A DNA stretch of 64,000 bases from Candidatus Omnitrophota bacterium (GTDB lineage Bacteria > Omnitrophota > Gorgyraeia > JABMRN01 > RBG-13-46-9): NCBI GenBank assembly GCA_013203315.1, contig JABMQJ010000012.1, positions 1 through 64,000 on the forward strand. The letters are read 5' to 3'. The position numbers and the translations under genes are program-made. The notes beneath the pieces are model-generated. The model ran no database searches, was not told where the DNA came from, and was given only the letters and a program-made list of their open reading frames with translations. Positions 40,822-49,502 of the stretch are shown one piece after another. How positions within the stretch are numbered: position 1 is the first letter of the stretch; the number at the start of each line of letters is the position of its first letter.

Positions 40822-41031
40822 ATGGAAGTATTTCTAGGTATTGCTTCAATATTTTTTCTTATTTTTGGCGCGATGCTTTTGCTTTCACCGAATATCGTTG
40901 AACGAATTTCCAAAGCGACAAATAAGGTGCTTTTTAATCTGGATGACAAAATACAGTCTACGAGAAGACCCCTGGGAATTCTGCTATTGGCAATATCGAT
41001 TTTTTTATGGTATACTGCGCTACATAAGTAA
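40822..41031 (+). CDS. Small two-TM hypothetical membrane protein
   Basis: RBS GAGGGGG, two hydrophobic helices, fills the pilC-pilin gap. GTG 40813 is an alternative start. Confidence 0.65.
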   Translation: MEVFLGIASIFFLIFGAMLLLSPNIVERISKATNKVLFNLDDKIQSTRRPLGILLLAISIFLWYTALHK

Positions 41032-41046
41032 AAAAGGAGGCCAGGG

Positions 41047-41505
41047 ATGATGAAGAAGAAAGGTTTTACACTGATTGAGCTTTTAATTGTGATAGCGGTT
41101 ATTTCTATCCTGATTGGTATCGCGCTTCCGCGTTTCAGGGGCATGCAGGAAGAGGGTTTGGTTGCGCAGGCCAAGGGAGAGTTAAGGACGCTCCAAACAG
41201 CCATAGAAAGTTACTATATCCACAATAGCAGCGCCTATCCGACAGATAGTGCTACCTGGCAATCAGATACAGATAGCCTTACCACTGCTACCCCGCTAAT
41301 AGTAGGTACGGCTTTAATTGATCCGTTTTCCAGTGCAGGGGCGCAATATCAGCTGGTGTATGATACAAATACGGCTTATTATGCTATGTATTCAGTGGGT
41401 CCGGGCGGCACCGGGAGCGTTACCGCAGTTAGCACTGCCGGCGGTGTTACTGATACACCCAACTGCATTTATGTTTCGAACGGAGAAAGAGACACGACGC
41501 CATAA
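41047..41505 (+). CDS. Major type IV pilin / GspG-like pseudopilin
   Basis: Class III signal KKG|FTLIELLIVIAV with E5, strong RBS AGGAGG, GspG-like DPF...Y...YSVGPGG. Confidence 0.88.
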   Translation: MMKKKGFTLIELLIVIAVISILIGIALPRFRGMQEEGLVAQAKGELRTLQTAIESYYIHNSSAYPTDSATWQSDTDSLTTATPLIVGTALIDPFSSAGAQYQLVYDTNTAYYAMYSVGPGGTGSVTAVSTAGGVTDTPNCIYVSNGERDTTP

Positions 41506-41521
41506 TTTAAAGAGGGTACTT

Positions 41522-41878
41522 GTGAAAAATAATGGCTTTACCTTGCTGGAAATCCTTATGGCTATCGTACTTTTTACGGGAAGCGTTAGCCTTATTGTGA
41601 TGCTTTTCGCGAACGCTTTGGTTGCCAGCACTGATGCTGAAAATACGACAATCGCCATGAACTTAGCGCAAGGAAAAATGGAAGAGGTACGAAACCTTTC
41701 CTTCGCCAGCATTGCAGATGAAGCCAAGGCCGCCGTAACCGGTTTTACCGGATTTCAGAGAGAGGTTGCGGTGACAACGTCCGAAACAGACCTAAAGCAG
41801 GTAACGGTTACAACATACTGGACATATAAAGGCGGTGAAGTAGAAGTGCCGCTCGTAACCTATATTAGCAAAAATTAA
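41522..41878 (+). CDS. Minor pilin (PilV/GspI-like)
   Basis: GTG start giving MKNNG|FTLLEILMA; AMNLAQGKMEE and V-x-V-x-x-x-W motifs. Confidence 0.82.
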   Translation: MKNNGFTLLEILMAIVLFTGSVSLIVMLFANALVASTDAENTTIAMNLAQGKMEEVRNLSFASIADEAKAAVTGFTGFQREVAVTTSETDLKQVTVTTYWTYKGGEVEVPLVTYISKN

Positions 41879-41879
41879 A

Positions 41880-42398
41880 ATGAAAAAGGGAATCACGTTA
41901 ATCGAGCTTATTATTAGCGTAACTCTTTTTTTAATACTTGGTAGCGTTGTTCTTTGGGTTTTTGTAGTGGGTTTAAGATCTTGGGATTCGGGTCTGAATA
42001 GGGCTAACATACGCCAGAGTGTCAATGTAGCGCTTGAGAGGATGACGCGGGAGCTCGGCCAGGCAAGCGAGGTTACTCAAGCCAAAGCCGGTAACATTAC
42101 GTTTCAGGCAGATTTAGACGAGAATGGCACCGTGGAAACCATAACGTTTGATGTTACAAATGCCGATAACCTGGAGCGCACCGAGAGTGGCCGAGACATT
42201 CTTATGGTTAGCAATGTGCAAGACTTTACACTGGGTTATTATCTGGAATCGGGCAATGACACTCTTTTAAGCTCTGTTAATTCTCCTGCTAACCGGGATA
42301 CTATACGGGTTGTTGTTATATCAATTACCGTAAGCGAAGGTGACGAAACGCTTACATTTAGCACAAGCGCTTATACACGAAATCAGTCAAATGATTAA
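41880..42398 (+). CDS. Minor pilin (PilW/GspJ-like)
   Basis: MKKG|ITLIELII; ALERMTRELGQA motif. Confidence 0.82.
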   Translation: MKKGITLIELIISVTLFLILGSVVLWVFVVGLRSWDSGLNRANIRQSVNVALERMTRELGQASEVTQAKAGNITFQADLDENGTVETITFDVTNADNLERTESGRDILMVSNVQDFTLGYYLESGNDTLLSSVNSPANRDTIRVVVISITVSEGDETLTFSTSAYTRNQSND

Positions 42399-43191
42399 AA
42401 GAGAAAAAGGCGCGATTTTAATAATGGTTTTTGTTGTTATGGTTGCTCTAAGCGGTGTGGCATTTGCTTTTTTGACAATGATTAGCCAGGAGACAAAGAG
42501 TGCGGGAACGGGACTCCTAAATATGCAAGCATTTTATATAGCGGAAGCAGGCCGCGCAAAGGCGAGGTGGGCACTTACTACAGACGGGCAAACTGCCGGT
42601 GTCTGGGGTGAATCCGATACTTCCCTGGGAGAGGGGACGTATAACGTTACTACTGTTGATAATGGTGATGGTACAATCACTATTACATCAGATGGGTATA
42701 TCCCCGATGACACCAGTCCACTCATAATGAGAAGGGTTTTAGAGAAAGATATAACTACGGTTTCCGGTTCATCTAATAATCTTGCTTTAGACGCCATAGC
42801 CTCGGATTCATCTACATTTGGCGGTAATGTTGCCGCAAATGCCAACGACGACAATAGTTCTACGAGATGGCGCTCAGGTGTTAATGGCAATTCGCAGCTT
42901 CAATTAGATTTTGGAAGCGCAACAGAATTCGATAAGGTTGTGTTTGACGAAAGGCAATTTAGTTCATATGCAGTGCAATATTCAAGTAATGCTAGCACGT
43001 GGAATTCGGTGACTGGTGCGACTACAACAGTAGCCGGAAATGTGACTACGGTTACTTTTGATGGGGTTACAGTCAGATATGTGAGACTTGACATTAATGG
43101 TAATAGACCGTCGGTATATGAATTTGAAACATATCTAACAACTGCAACAGGCATCGGGCTCGAAAGAGGCGAATTCGCTACTTCCTGGTAG
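42391..43191 (+). CDS. PilX/GspK-like minor pilin with C-terminal discoidin (F5/8 type C, CBM32-like) domain
   Basis: EKG|AILIMV without E5, QAFYIAEAG PilX motif, then NLAL...ANDDNSSTRW...LQLDFG...YSSNASTW...RYVRL...VYEFE. Confidence 0.8.
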   Translation: MIKREKGAILIMVFVVMVALSGVAFAFLTMISQETKSAGTGLLNMQAFYIAEAGRAKARWALTTDGQTAGVWGESDTSLGEGTYNVTTVDNGDGTITITSDGYIPDDTSPLIMRRVLEKDITTVSGSSNNLALDAIASDSSTFGGNVAANANDDNSSTRWRSGVNGNSQLQLDFGSATEFDKVVFDERQFSSYAVQYSSNASTWNSVTGATTTVAGNVTTVTFDGVTVRYVRLDINGNRPSVYEFETYLTTATGIGLERGEFATSW

Positions 43192-43192
43192 C

Positions 43193-44797
43193 ATGAAGGG
43201 TATAATGGGATTTATTGCATTTTTTAAAAAAGATTACATAGTTGGAATAGACATAGGAACCTCGTCTGTAAAAATCGCGCAATTTAAAGAAACGGAATAC
43301 GGGTTAAATCTTGTCAGGGCAGAGTTGCGGGAGTTTAAGCCAACCGTTGACAAGGCCATTTACGAAAAAGAAGTTTTATCCGCGCTCAAGGCCTTATTTA
43401 AAGGTATAGACACCAAAAAATCTCAAATCATCGCACATATAAATTGCCCCATGACAACCGTGAAGACTCTTAAGGCGCCCTATATGCCAAAATCAGAATT
43501 GCGCGAAGGCATAAAACTGGAGGTAAAGAATTATTTCCCGTTTCCGATAGATGATTCCCTCTTGGATTTTGAAATACTGGGCGATGTCGTAGAAAAGGGC
43601 GTGAGAAAATATGAAGTAGCGGTAGCGGTCTCACCCGCTATGACAGTTGACAAGTATTTGGCGCTACTTAATAAAGCAGGAATTAAGCCCGCTTCTTTTG
43701 TCCCCTGCCCGTATGCCCTGCAGAAATTAGCAGAACAGTTACCACAAAAGGGAGAAGGCGCTACAACGTGTTTTGTCGATATAGGCGAAATTCATACGGA
43801 ACTTGTAATTTTAAAAGGCAAAACGTTAATGTTCAGCCGCAAAATTCCTGTTGCCGGAAAGGATTTTACAAAAGCCATGACAGGGGTCCTTGTCTCCGAT
43901 AGAGGAAAGACCGAACTTAGTATAGATGAGGCGGAAAAAATAAAGCGTGAAACAGGTATTCCGGAAGTCGCCGAAGAGAAAATTATAGATAATAAAATTT
44001 CTACCACGCAGATCTCATCAATGCTTCGGACACCGCTTGAGCAGTTTGTAAGCGAGATGGAAAGGTGTTTTGATTATTACAGAGAAGAAACCGGTGGCGG
44101 GAAAATAGATTCTGTTGTGTTGTTCGGCGCCGGCGCATCTTTGACGGGCTTTATCAAGTTTCTGTCCGAAGAGTTAGGTATAGAGGTTAAGTTGGGAGAC
44201 CCTACCGAAGGAATCAGGTGCGAAAAGGATGCGATTCCGGAAAGAGACAAAAATTCTTATAGGCTGGATCTGGCGATAGGCGCAGCTTTGGGCCGGGCCA
44301 GGGGCATAAATCTTCTTCCTCCTGAAATTAAAGAAGCAACAAAAAAGGTTGTTACGCGCGGGACAATTGAAGCAGTTGCTACGGCGGTAATACTCGTATC
44401 GCTACTCCTTTATATAGGAATGAGAATACAAATCGGAAATTTTGATAAAAGAATTTCAGTAGCAAAACTGGAACTAGCTAGCTTACAACCCGCGCTCAAA
44501 AAAGCCGAAGCCCACCACGCGGCAAATATGGTTCTGGTAGATGAGCCGCACTGGGAAGATGTTTTCAGAGAATTGGCTAATCTCATACCGAAAGATACCC
44601 ATCTTACAAATGTTAGCATGAGAGATAGCGTGATTACCATGAAAGGCATTGTAGCCGCCGAGGATGGCGAAAGCCATCTCTCGGAGTTCATGCTTACGCT
44701 TGAACGAGGAATATTTAAGAACGTAAAACTTGTAAAGACAAGAGATTTAAGCGATAAATCAGGTAATGAATTTGAGCTTGAGTGTCAGGTAGATTGA
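43193..44797 (+). CDS. PilM-PilN fusion protein
   Basis: Actin-like PilM (GIDIGTSSVK, VDIG, LFGAGA, AIGAAL) continues in frame into the PilN INLLP motif, a TM helix and a periplasmic domain. Confidence 0.85.
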   Translation: MKGIMGFIAFFKKDYIVGIDIGTSSVKIAQFKETEYGLNLVRAELREFKPTVDKAIYEKEVLSALKALFKGIDTKKSQIIAHINCPMTTVKTLKAPYMPKSELREGIKLEVKNYFPFPIDDSLLDFEILGDVVEKGVRKYEVAVAVSPAMTVDKYLALLNKAGIKPASFVPCPYALQKLAEQLPQKGEGATTCFVDIGEIHTELVILKGKTLMFSRKIPVAGKDFTKAMTGVLVSDRGKTELSIDEAEKIKRETGIPEVAEEKIIDNKISTTQISSMLRTPLEQFVSEMERCFDYYREETGGGKIDSVVLFGAGASLTGFIKFLSEELGIEVKLGDPTEGIRCEKDAIPERDKNSYRLDLAIGAALGRARGINLLPPEIKEATKKVVTRGTIEAVATAVILVSLLLYIGMRIQIGNFDKRISVAKLELASLQPALKKAEAHHAANMVLVDEPHWEDVFRELANLIPKDTHLTNVSMRDSVITMKGIVAAEDGESHLSEFMLTLERGIFKNVKLVKTRDLSDKSGNEFELECQVD

Positions 44798-44816
44798 AGT
44801 AGCAACAAGGGGAGAC

Positions 44817-45344
44817 ATGATAAAAATAGGAAATATTGAAATAACGCCGGAAAAAAAGATTATTGCGATAATTACGGCAGTTTTAGTTTTGGCAATAACA
44901 ATATACGTTATTTTCTTCGCTCCGCTTTTTGTAAAACTAAAAATAAAATTTTCCGAATACATGGCAATTGAGCATGAGGTGCGCCAATACAGGAGCATTA
45001 TAGAGTCTGCAGGAAAAGTATATAGCGAGAGAACCCTTCAGAGTGAAGAAGACGTTTCGCGCTCAATAGACGAGCTGGCCAAACACGGAAAAGTAAAAGA
45101 TGTGAAATTTATCTCCATAAATCCTGAAAAAGTCGTAAGGAAAGAAGATACGCAGTATAAGGTATTACCTGTTGAGATGGAACTCGAGTCTACATATGCG
45201 GGCCTCGGAGTATTCCTGGGGTCACTGGATGACCTGGAAAAGACCCTGGTTAAGGTAAAGAGTTTTAACATTTCTCATGATAAAAATGATCCAACGAAAT
45301 TTATAACGGATCTTGAAGTAGAAGTATACCTCTCGGAGAAATAA
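44817..45344 (+). CDS. PilO/GspM-like protein
   Basis: Single N-terminal TM, coiled coil, LPVEMELESTYAGLGVFL ferredoxin-like motif; follows pilMN. Confidence 0.8.
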   Translation: MIKIGNIEITPEKKIIAIITAVLVLAITIYVIFFAPLFVKLKIKFSEYMAIEHEVRQYRSIIESAGKVYSERTLQSEEDVSRSIDELAKHGKVKDVKFISINPEKVVRKEDTQYKVLPVEMELESTYAGLGVFLGSLDDLEKTLVKVKSFNISHDKNDPTKFITDLEVEVYLSEK

Positions 45345-45345
45345 C

Positions 45346-45777
45346 ATGAAAAATAAAAAGCTCGTCGTATTAATTATATTGGGAATCGGCGCTATATTAA
45401 GCCTAATTTACGGCATAACCACGCCTTCGCGTGGAAAAAGGAGCGCTGCTACCTCCCGCAAGCCTCAGGAAGCGGTAACCCAGGATAACACGGCGCAACA
45501 TGCAAGCAAAATCGTTCCCACCGCGCGTCGCGCAAAAAAAACAGAGTTTACTACCTGGAAAAGAAATCCGTTTACCCCGACGGGCGTTCCCGGCACATCA
45601 TCTTCCGCGCTTACCCTGGGTGGTATAATGTGGCAGGAGGTAAGCCCTAAGGCCATGGTCAGTAATGAAATCGTTGGAATAGGCGACAAAGTCGGTGGGT
45701 ATAAGGTAATCGACATAAAAAAAGATCGTGTTGTTCTAAGCGATGGCAAAGAAAACCACACCCTCTATCTTAAATAA
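45346..45777 (+). CDS. PilP/GspC/GspB-like periplasmic protein
   Basis: N-terminal TM, RNPF motif, L-x-GI...A...GD-x-V-x-GY-x-V-x-x-I...V-x-L beta domain. Confidence 0.72.
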   Translation: MKNKKLVVLIILGIGAILSLIYGITTPSRGKRSAATSRKPQEAVTQDNTAQHASKIVPTARRAKKTEFTTWKRNPFTPTGVPGTSSSALTLGGIMWQEVSPKAMVSNEIVGIGDKVGGYKVIDIKKDRVVLSDGKENHTLYLK

Positions 45778-47087
45778 TGCCTAACAAGCTAAAAAGAACA
45801 GGGACCAGAAACAAACGTATCAGCGCACGGGATAAATTTCTTAAGGGTATCCACCAAAAAAACCGCCAAGTGCTTGAGAAGAGCCTGTTTGAGCTCACCG
45901 CTGCATATAATATAGGAAGAGAAGCCTCTTACGCAGCCGATTTACGGAATTGTCTCAAGATTCTTGTGGACGGCATTGCGGATTTGATGTCTGTTGAAAT
46001 CGTATCGGTTATGCTAATGGATAGATATGAAGAGGGGCTTGTATTGGAATTCTCCAAGGGCCTGGGTAATGAAATAACCAAAGAAAAAGTGCGGTTGGGC
46101 CACGGTATTGCGGGCTGGATTGCCCAGACCGGGGAAGCGTTACTAATTAAAGATATAAAAAAGGATGTAAGATTTTCGAGGCGCGGGGGCAAATATTATA
46201 CGGATTCACTCCTGAGCGTGCCGCTCAAAATAAACAAGAAAGTTATCGGCGTAATAAACGTAAATAATAAGGTAACGAGAGATATTTTTGAAGAAGAAGA
46301 CATGGATGTACTGAGGAAGGTTGCGGGCCTTGCGGCAGCGGCCATTGAAAGCGCCAGGCTTCAGGAGGAGGCAGTGGCGCGCGACGAGACGCGGCTTGAA
46401 TTCATATCAAATATTTCGCACGAATTACGCACGCCACTTTCCTGTATAAACGAGGGCGTGTCCCTGGTTTTAGACGGAGTAACGGGCAAGATAAACAGTA
46501 AGCAAAAAGAGTTTCTGGCCTCGGTAAAGAATAACATTGAACGCCTGAAGCGCCTTGTCAGTGAACTGCTGGAGCTGGCCAAGGTAGAGTCGCGGATTAC
46601 ACGAATGAGAAGGAGCCTTTTTGATGTGGTGCAATTGATAGAAGGGGTTGTTGCCTCAATGGGGCCCCTCGTAAAAGACAAAAAGATTTCGCTTAAAAAG
46701 ACGTTGCCCGATAAAAATATTCAGATCTGGGCAGATCCGGATAAACTGAGCCAGGTTCTTACCAATTTGATTGATAACGCCATGAAGTATAATAAACCCA
46801 AGGGCATCGTGGAGGTCAGTATGGATGAGTCAGCCAAGACTGTTAATATCAATATACGCGACACAGGCATTGGCATACCGGAAGAAGATATAAAAAAGAT
46901 TTTTGACAGATTTTACCGCGTAGAGGCCTCGGCAAAAAGCAAAACCCGCGGCGCCGGGATAGGCTTGTCGATTATAAACGAAATCATAAAAAAGCACAGG
47001 GGAAACATTTCTGTCGATTCCGAGGTTGGCAAGGGAAGCAGATTTACCGTAACGCTGCCGAAGGACCTGAGGGCGGAAAATAGATAA
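45777..47087 (+). CDS. Cytoplasmic GAF-domain histidine kinase
   Basis: GAF ([27 protein letters not shown]), [22 protein letters not shown]. Confidence 0.92.
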   Translation: [436 protein letters not shown]

Positions 47088-47957
47088 GTGGAAAAGAAGA
47101 AAATATTAATTATCGAGGATGACGAAGACTTACTAGAAGTTCTGCAAGTGAGGCTCTCCAGCCAGGGATACGAAGTTCATACGAATATAGGTAAGAGGGA
47201 AGTTCTCCGGGAGATACGAAGCATATGGCCGGATCTTATTCTTCTTGATATAACATTGCCTGAAATAAGCGGCCTGGAAATAAAAGCGGAATTAAATAAA
47301 AATACTCATACCGCCAGCATTCCTGTAATATTTTTAACCGGCAAAGACTCGGTTTCCGATAAGGTGAAAGGCCTTGGGCTCGGCGCGGACGATTATATAG
47401 CGAAGCCATTTGACTCAAAGGAGCTGATGTCTCGGATTGAGGCCGCGCTAAGACGGAGAGGTTTTTACGAAGAGATTTCCATGACTGACGGCCTTACGGG
47501 GGTGTATAATGTGAAATTTTTTCAAAAACAGATTACATTATTTTTTAATATAGCCAAAAGATATAAAAAGATATTTGCGCTTATAATCATTGATATCGAT
47601 AATCTGAAAGACATAAATGATACATACGGGCACCTGGCAGGCGATTTTATTTTGAAAGAATTTTCTTCATTAACTAAAAAGACATTGAGAAAATCTGATA
47701 TACTTGCAAGATACGGAGGAGATGAGTTCGCCATTATTATGCCTGAGACTGACGAAGAGCATGCCGCTTACGCGATTGACAGGTTAAAGCAGAACATAAA
47801 CGGAAAGCCGTTTGTATTCGGGGATAAAAAACAGGAGTTAAGATTTAACATTAGCGTTGGTATGACGACCTACAGGGACACGCTAACAAGCGAGCTCGAA
47901 ATGTTCGGGGAAGCCGACAAAAAGCTCTATCGGGATAAGCATAAAGCGAGTAAATAA
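47088..47957 (+). CDS. Response regulator diguanylate cyclase (REC-GGDEF, WspR/PleD-like)
   Basis: Receiver (IEDD, LLD, FLT, KPF), DGLTGVYN, INDTYGH, RKSD I-site, intact RYGGDEF. Confidence 0.92.
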   Translation: MEKKKILIIEDDEDLLEVLQVRLSSQGYEVHTNIGKREVLREIRSIWPDLILLDITLPEISGLEIKAELNKNTHTASIPVIFLTGKDSVSDKVKGLGLGADDYIAKPFDSKELMSRIEAALRRRGFYEEISMTDGLTGVYNVKFFQKQITLFFNIAKRYKKIFALIIIDIDNLKDINDTYGHLAGDFILKEFSSLTKKTLRKSDILARYGGDEFAIIMPETDEEHAAYAIDRLKQNINGKPFVFGDKKQELRFNISVGMTTYRDTLTSELEMFGEADKKLYRDKHKASK

Positions 47958-49502
47958 ATGACGAAACAAAGGGAAACCTGGAACTCGCACTGGGGCATGA
48001 TAGCGGCAATGATAGGCACGGCTATCGGGCTCGGAAATATCTGGCGATTTCCGTATCTTTGTGGAAAATACGGCGGGGCAACATTCTTAATTCCTTATAT
48101 TATTTTATTATTCGGCGTTGCGATCTTTGCCATGATGTGCGAATGGGTGCTCGGCCGCCACACAAAAAGGGAACCGCTCGGCGCGTTTGACAAAATAAAG
48201 TTTCCTTTCGGACGTGATATAGGTGCCTGGGGGATCGTAGGACCGTTTTTCCTTTACTCCTATTATATAGTTATCACAAGCTGGGTTTTATTTTTTGTCT
48301 TTGCCTCGTTTGAAGGGCTATATTTCGGAAAAAATACGGAGACTTTTTTCGCCTCGTTTTTAGGAAGCAAATGGATATTTCTGGCGCATTTTGCTGCAGT
48401 GTGCATTACAAGCGGCATCCTGGCGATGGGCGTACAGAAAGGTATCGAACGAGCCTGCAAGATAATGATACCTACATTGTTCGTGCTCCTTATTGTTGTT
48501 GTGATTAGATCTGTTACGCTTCCCGGGGCAAATGAAGGCATAGAATTTTACATGCGTCCGCGCTGGGGAGGCCTATTAAACATAGAGACATGGGTTGCCG
48601 CTCTCGGGCAGGTATTTTTTACTTTGAGTCTTGGCATGGGGGCGATGCTTCTTTACGGCTCTTACATGAAGGATGAGTGGGGAATACCCATGAACGCGAT
48701 TAGCGTGACGCTCGGCAATACCTCGGCCAGTATTTTAGCCGGTTTTGCGATTTTTCCTGCTGCCTTTGCGCTAGGATTTGGTGCAGTAATAGGTGGTGCA
48801 AAATCTATCGGCCTTACATTTTTTGTTTTACCAAAGGTTTTTGAAGTCATGCCGGGCGGGCACTTTTTCGGTGGAATATTTTTTATCCTTCTTGCGTTTG
48901 GTGCCATATCGAGTGCGATAAGCATTCAGGAGCCGGCCATTGCATGGCTAAAAGCCGAGGTAGGTTGGTCGAGAAAAGAAGCGGCTCTCTTTACCGGGAT
49001 TATACTTTGGATTATGGGGCTACCTTTTCTGCTCAACGGCTTTGTTAAAGGCGGGCTTGGCGCGAAACTGGCGCTTCTTTCAAAAATGGACATAATTATT
49101 GGGCAGCTCGCAATCCCCATATTCGGGATTTTAGCGATCATTGCCGTCGGATATTTCATGGGGGACCGCGGTTTCGACGAGATGAACAAAAACGCGCGGG
49201 TTAAGCTGAGTCACACGTGGATTAAATTCTGGATAAAGGCAATCGTGCCGATATTTGTGGCCATACTTTTTATTTTAACACTTTTGAAGATATTACAGGA
49301 AAACGGCGTTATCCCTGCAATTATCCTGCCTGCAAAAGAAATAGGGTTTACCCCTATCGGCATAACGCCGATGACCGTATTCATGATAATATTCGTATGC
49401 GTTGTTTTCTGGGGAGGATTTATTTATACTACAGCGAAGGTATTGACGATAGAAAAAGATAAAAAAGCGAGGGTGAAACGTGGACTTGCGCATTCTCGCT
49501 AG
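47958..49502 (+). CDS. Sodium-dependent NSS (LeuT-fold) transporter with MetS-like C-terminal extension
   Basis: AIGLGNIWRFPY, QVFFTLSLG, YGSY; extra C-terminal helix MIIFVCVVFWGG. Confidence 0.92.
   Translation: MTKQRETWNSHWGMIAAMIGTAIGLGNIWRFPYLCGKYGGATFLIPYIILLFGVAIFAMMCEWVLGRHTKREPLGAFDKIKFPFGRDIGAWGIVGPFFLYSYYIVITSWVLFFVFASFEGLYFGKNTETFFASFLGSKWIFLAHFAAVCITSGILAMGVQKGIERACKIMIPTLFVLLIVVVIRSVTLPGANEGIEFYMRPRWGGLLNIETWVAALGQVFFTLSLGMGAMLLYGSYMKDEWGIPMNAISVTLGNTSASILAGFAIFPAAFALGFGAVIGGAKSIGLTFFVLPKVFEVMPGGHFFGGIFFILLAFGAISSAISIQEPAIAWLKAEVGWSRKEAALFTGIILWIMGLPFLLNGFVKGGLGAKLALLSKMDIIIGQLAIPIFGILAIIAVGYFMGDRGFDEMNKNARVKLSHTWIKFWIKAIVPIFVAILFILTLLKILQENGVIPAIILPAKEIGFTPIGITPMTVFMIIFVCVVFWGGFIYTTAKVLTIEKDKKARVKRGLAHSR

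Noticed and set aside
41318-41521. N-terminal extension of the minor pilin ORF (186-aa call)
   Set aside because: It overlaps the major pilin out of frame; GTG 41522 gives a proper class III signal peptide.
8879-45900. K/R-rich N-terminal tails on three kinases (8879, 28428, 45777) as a shared targeting signal
   Set aside because: No common motif; lysine-rich sequence is common across this proteome and the starts are uncertain.
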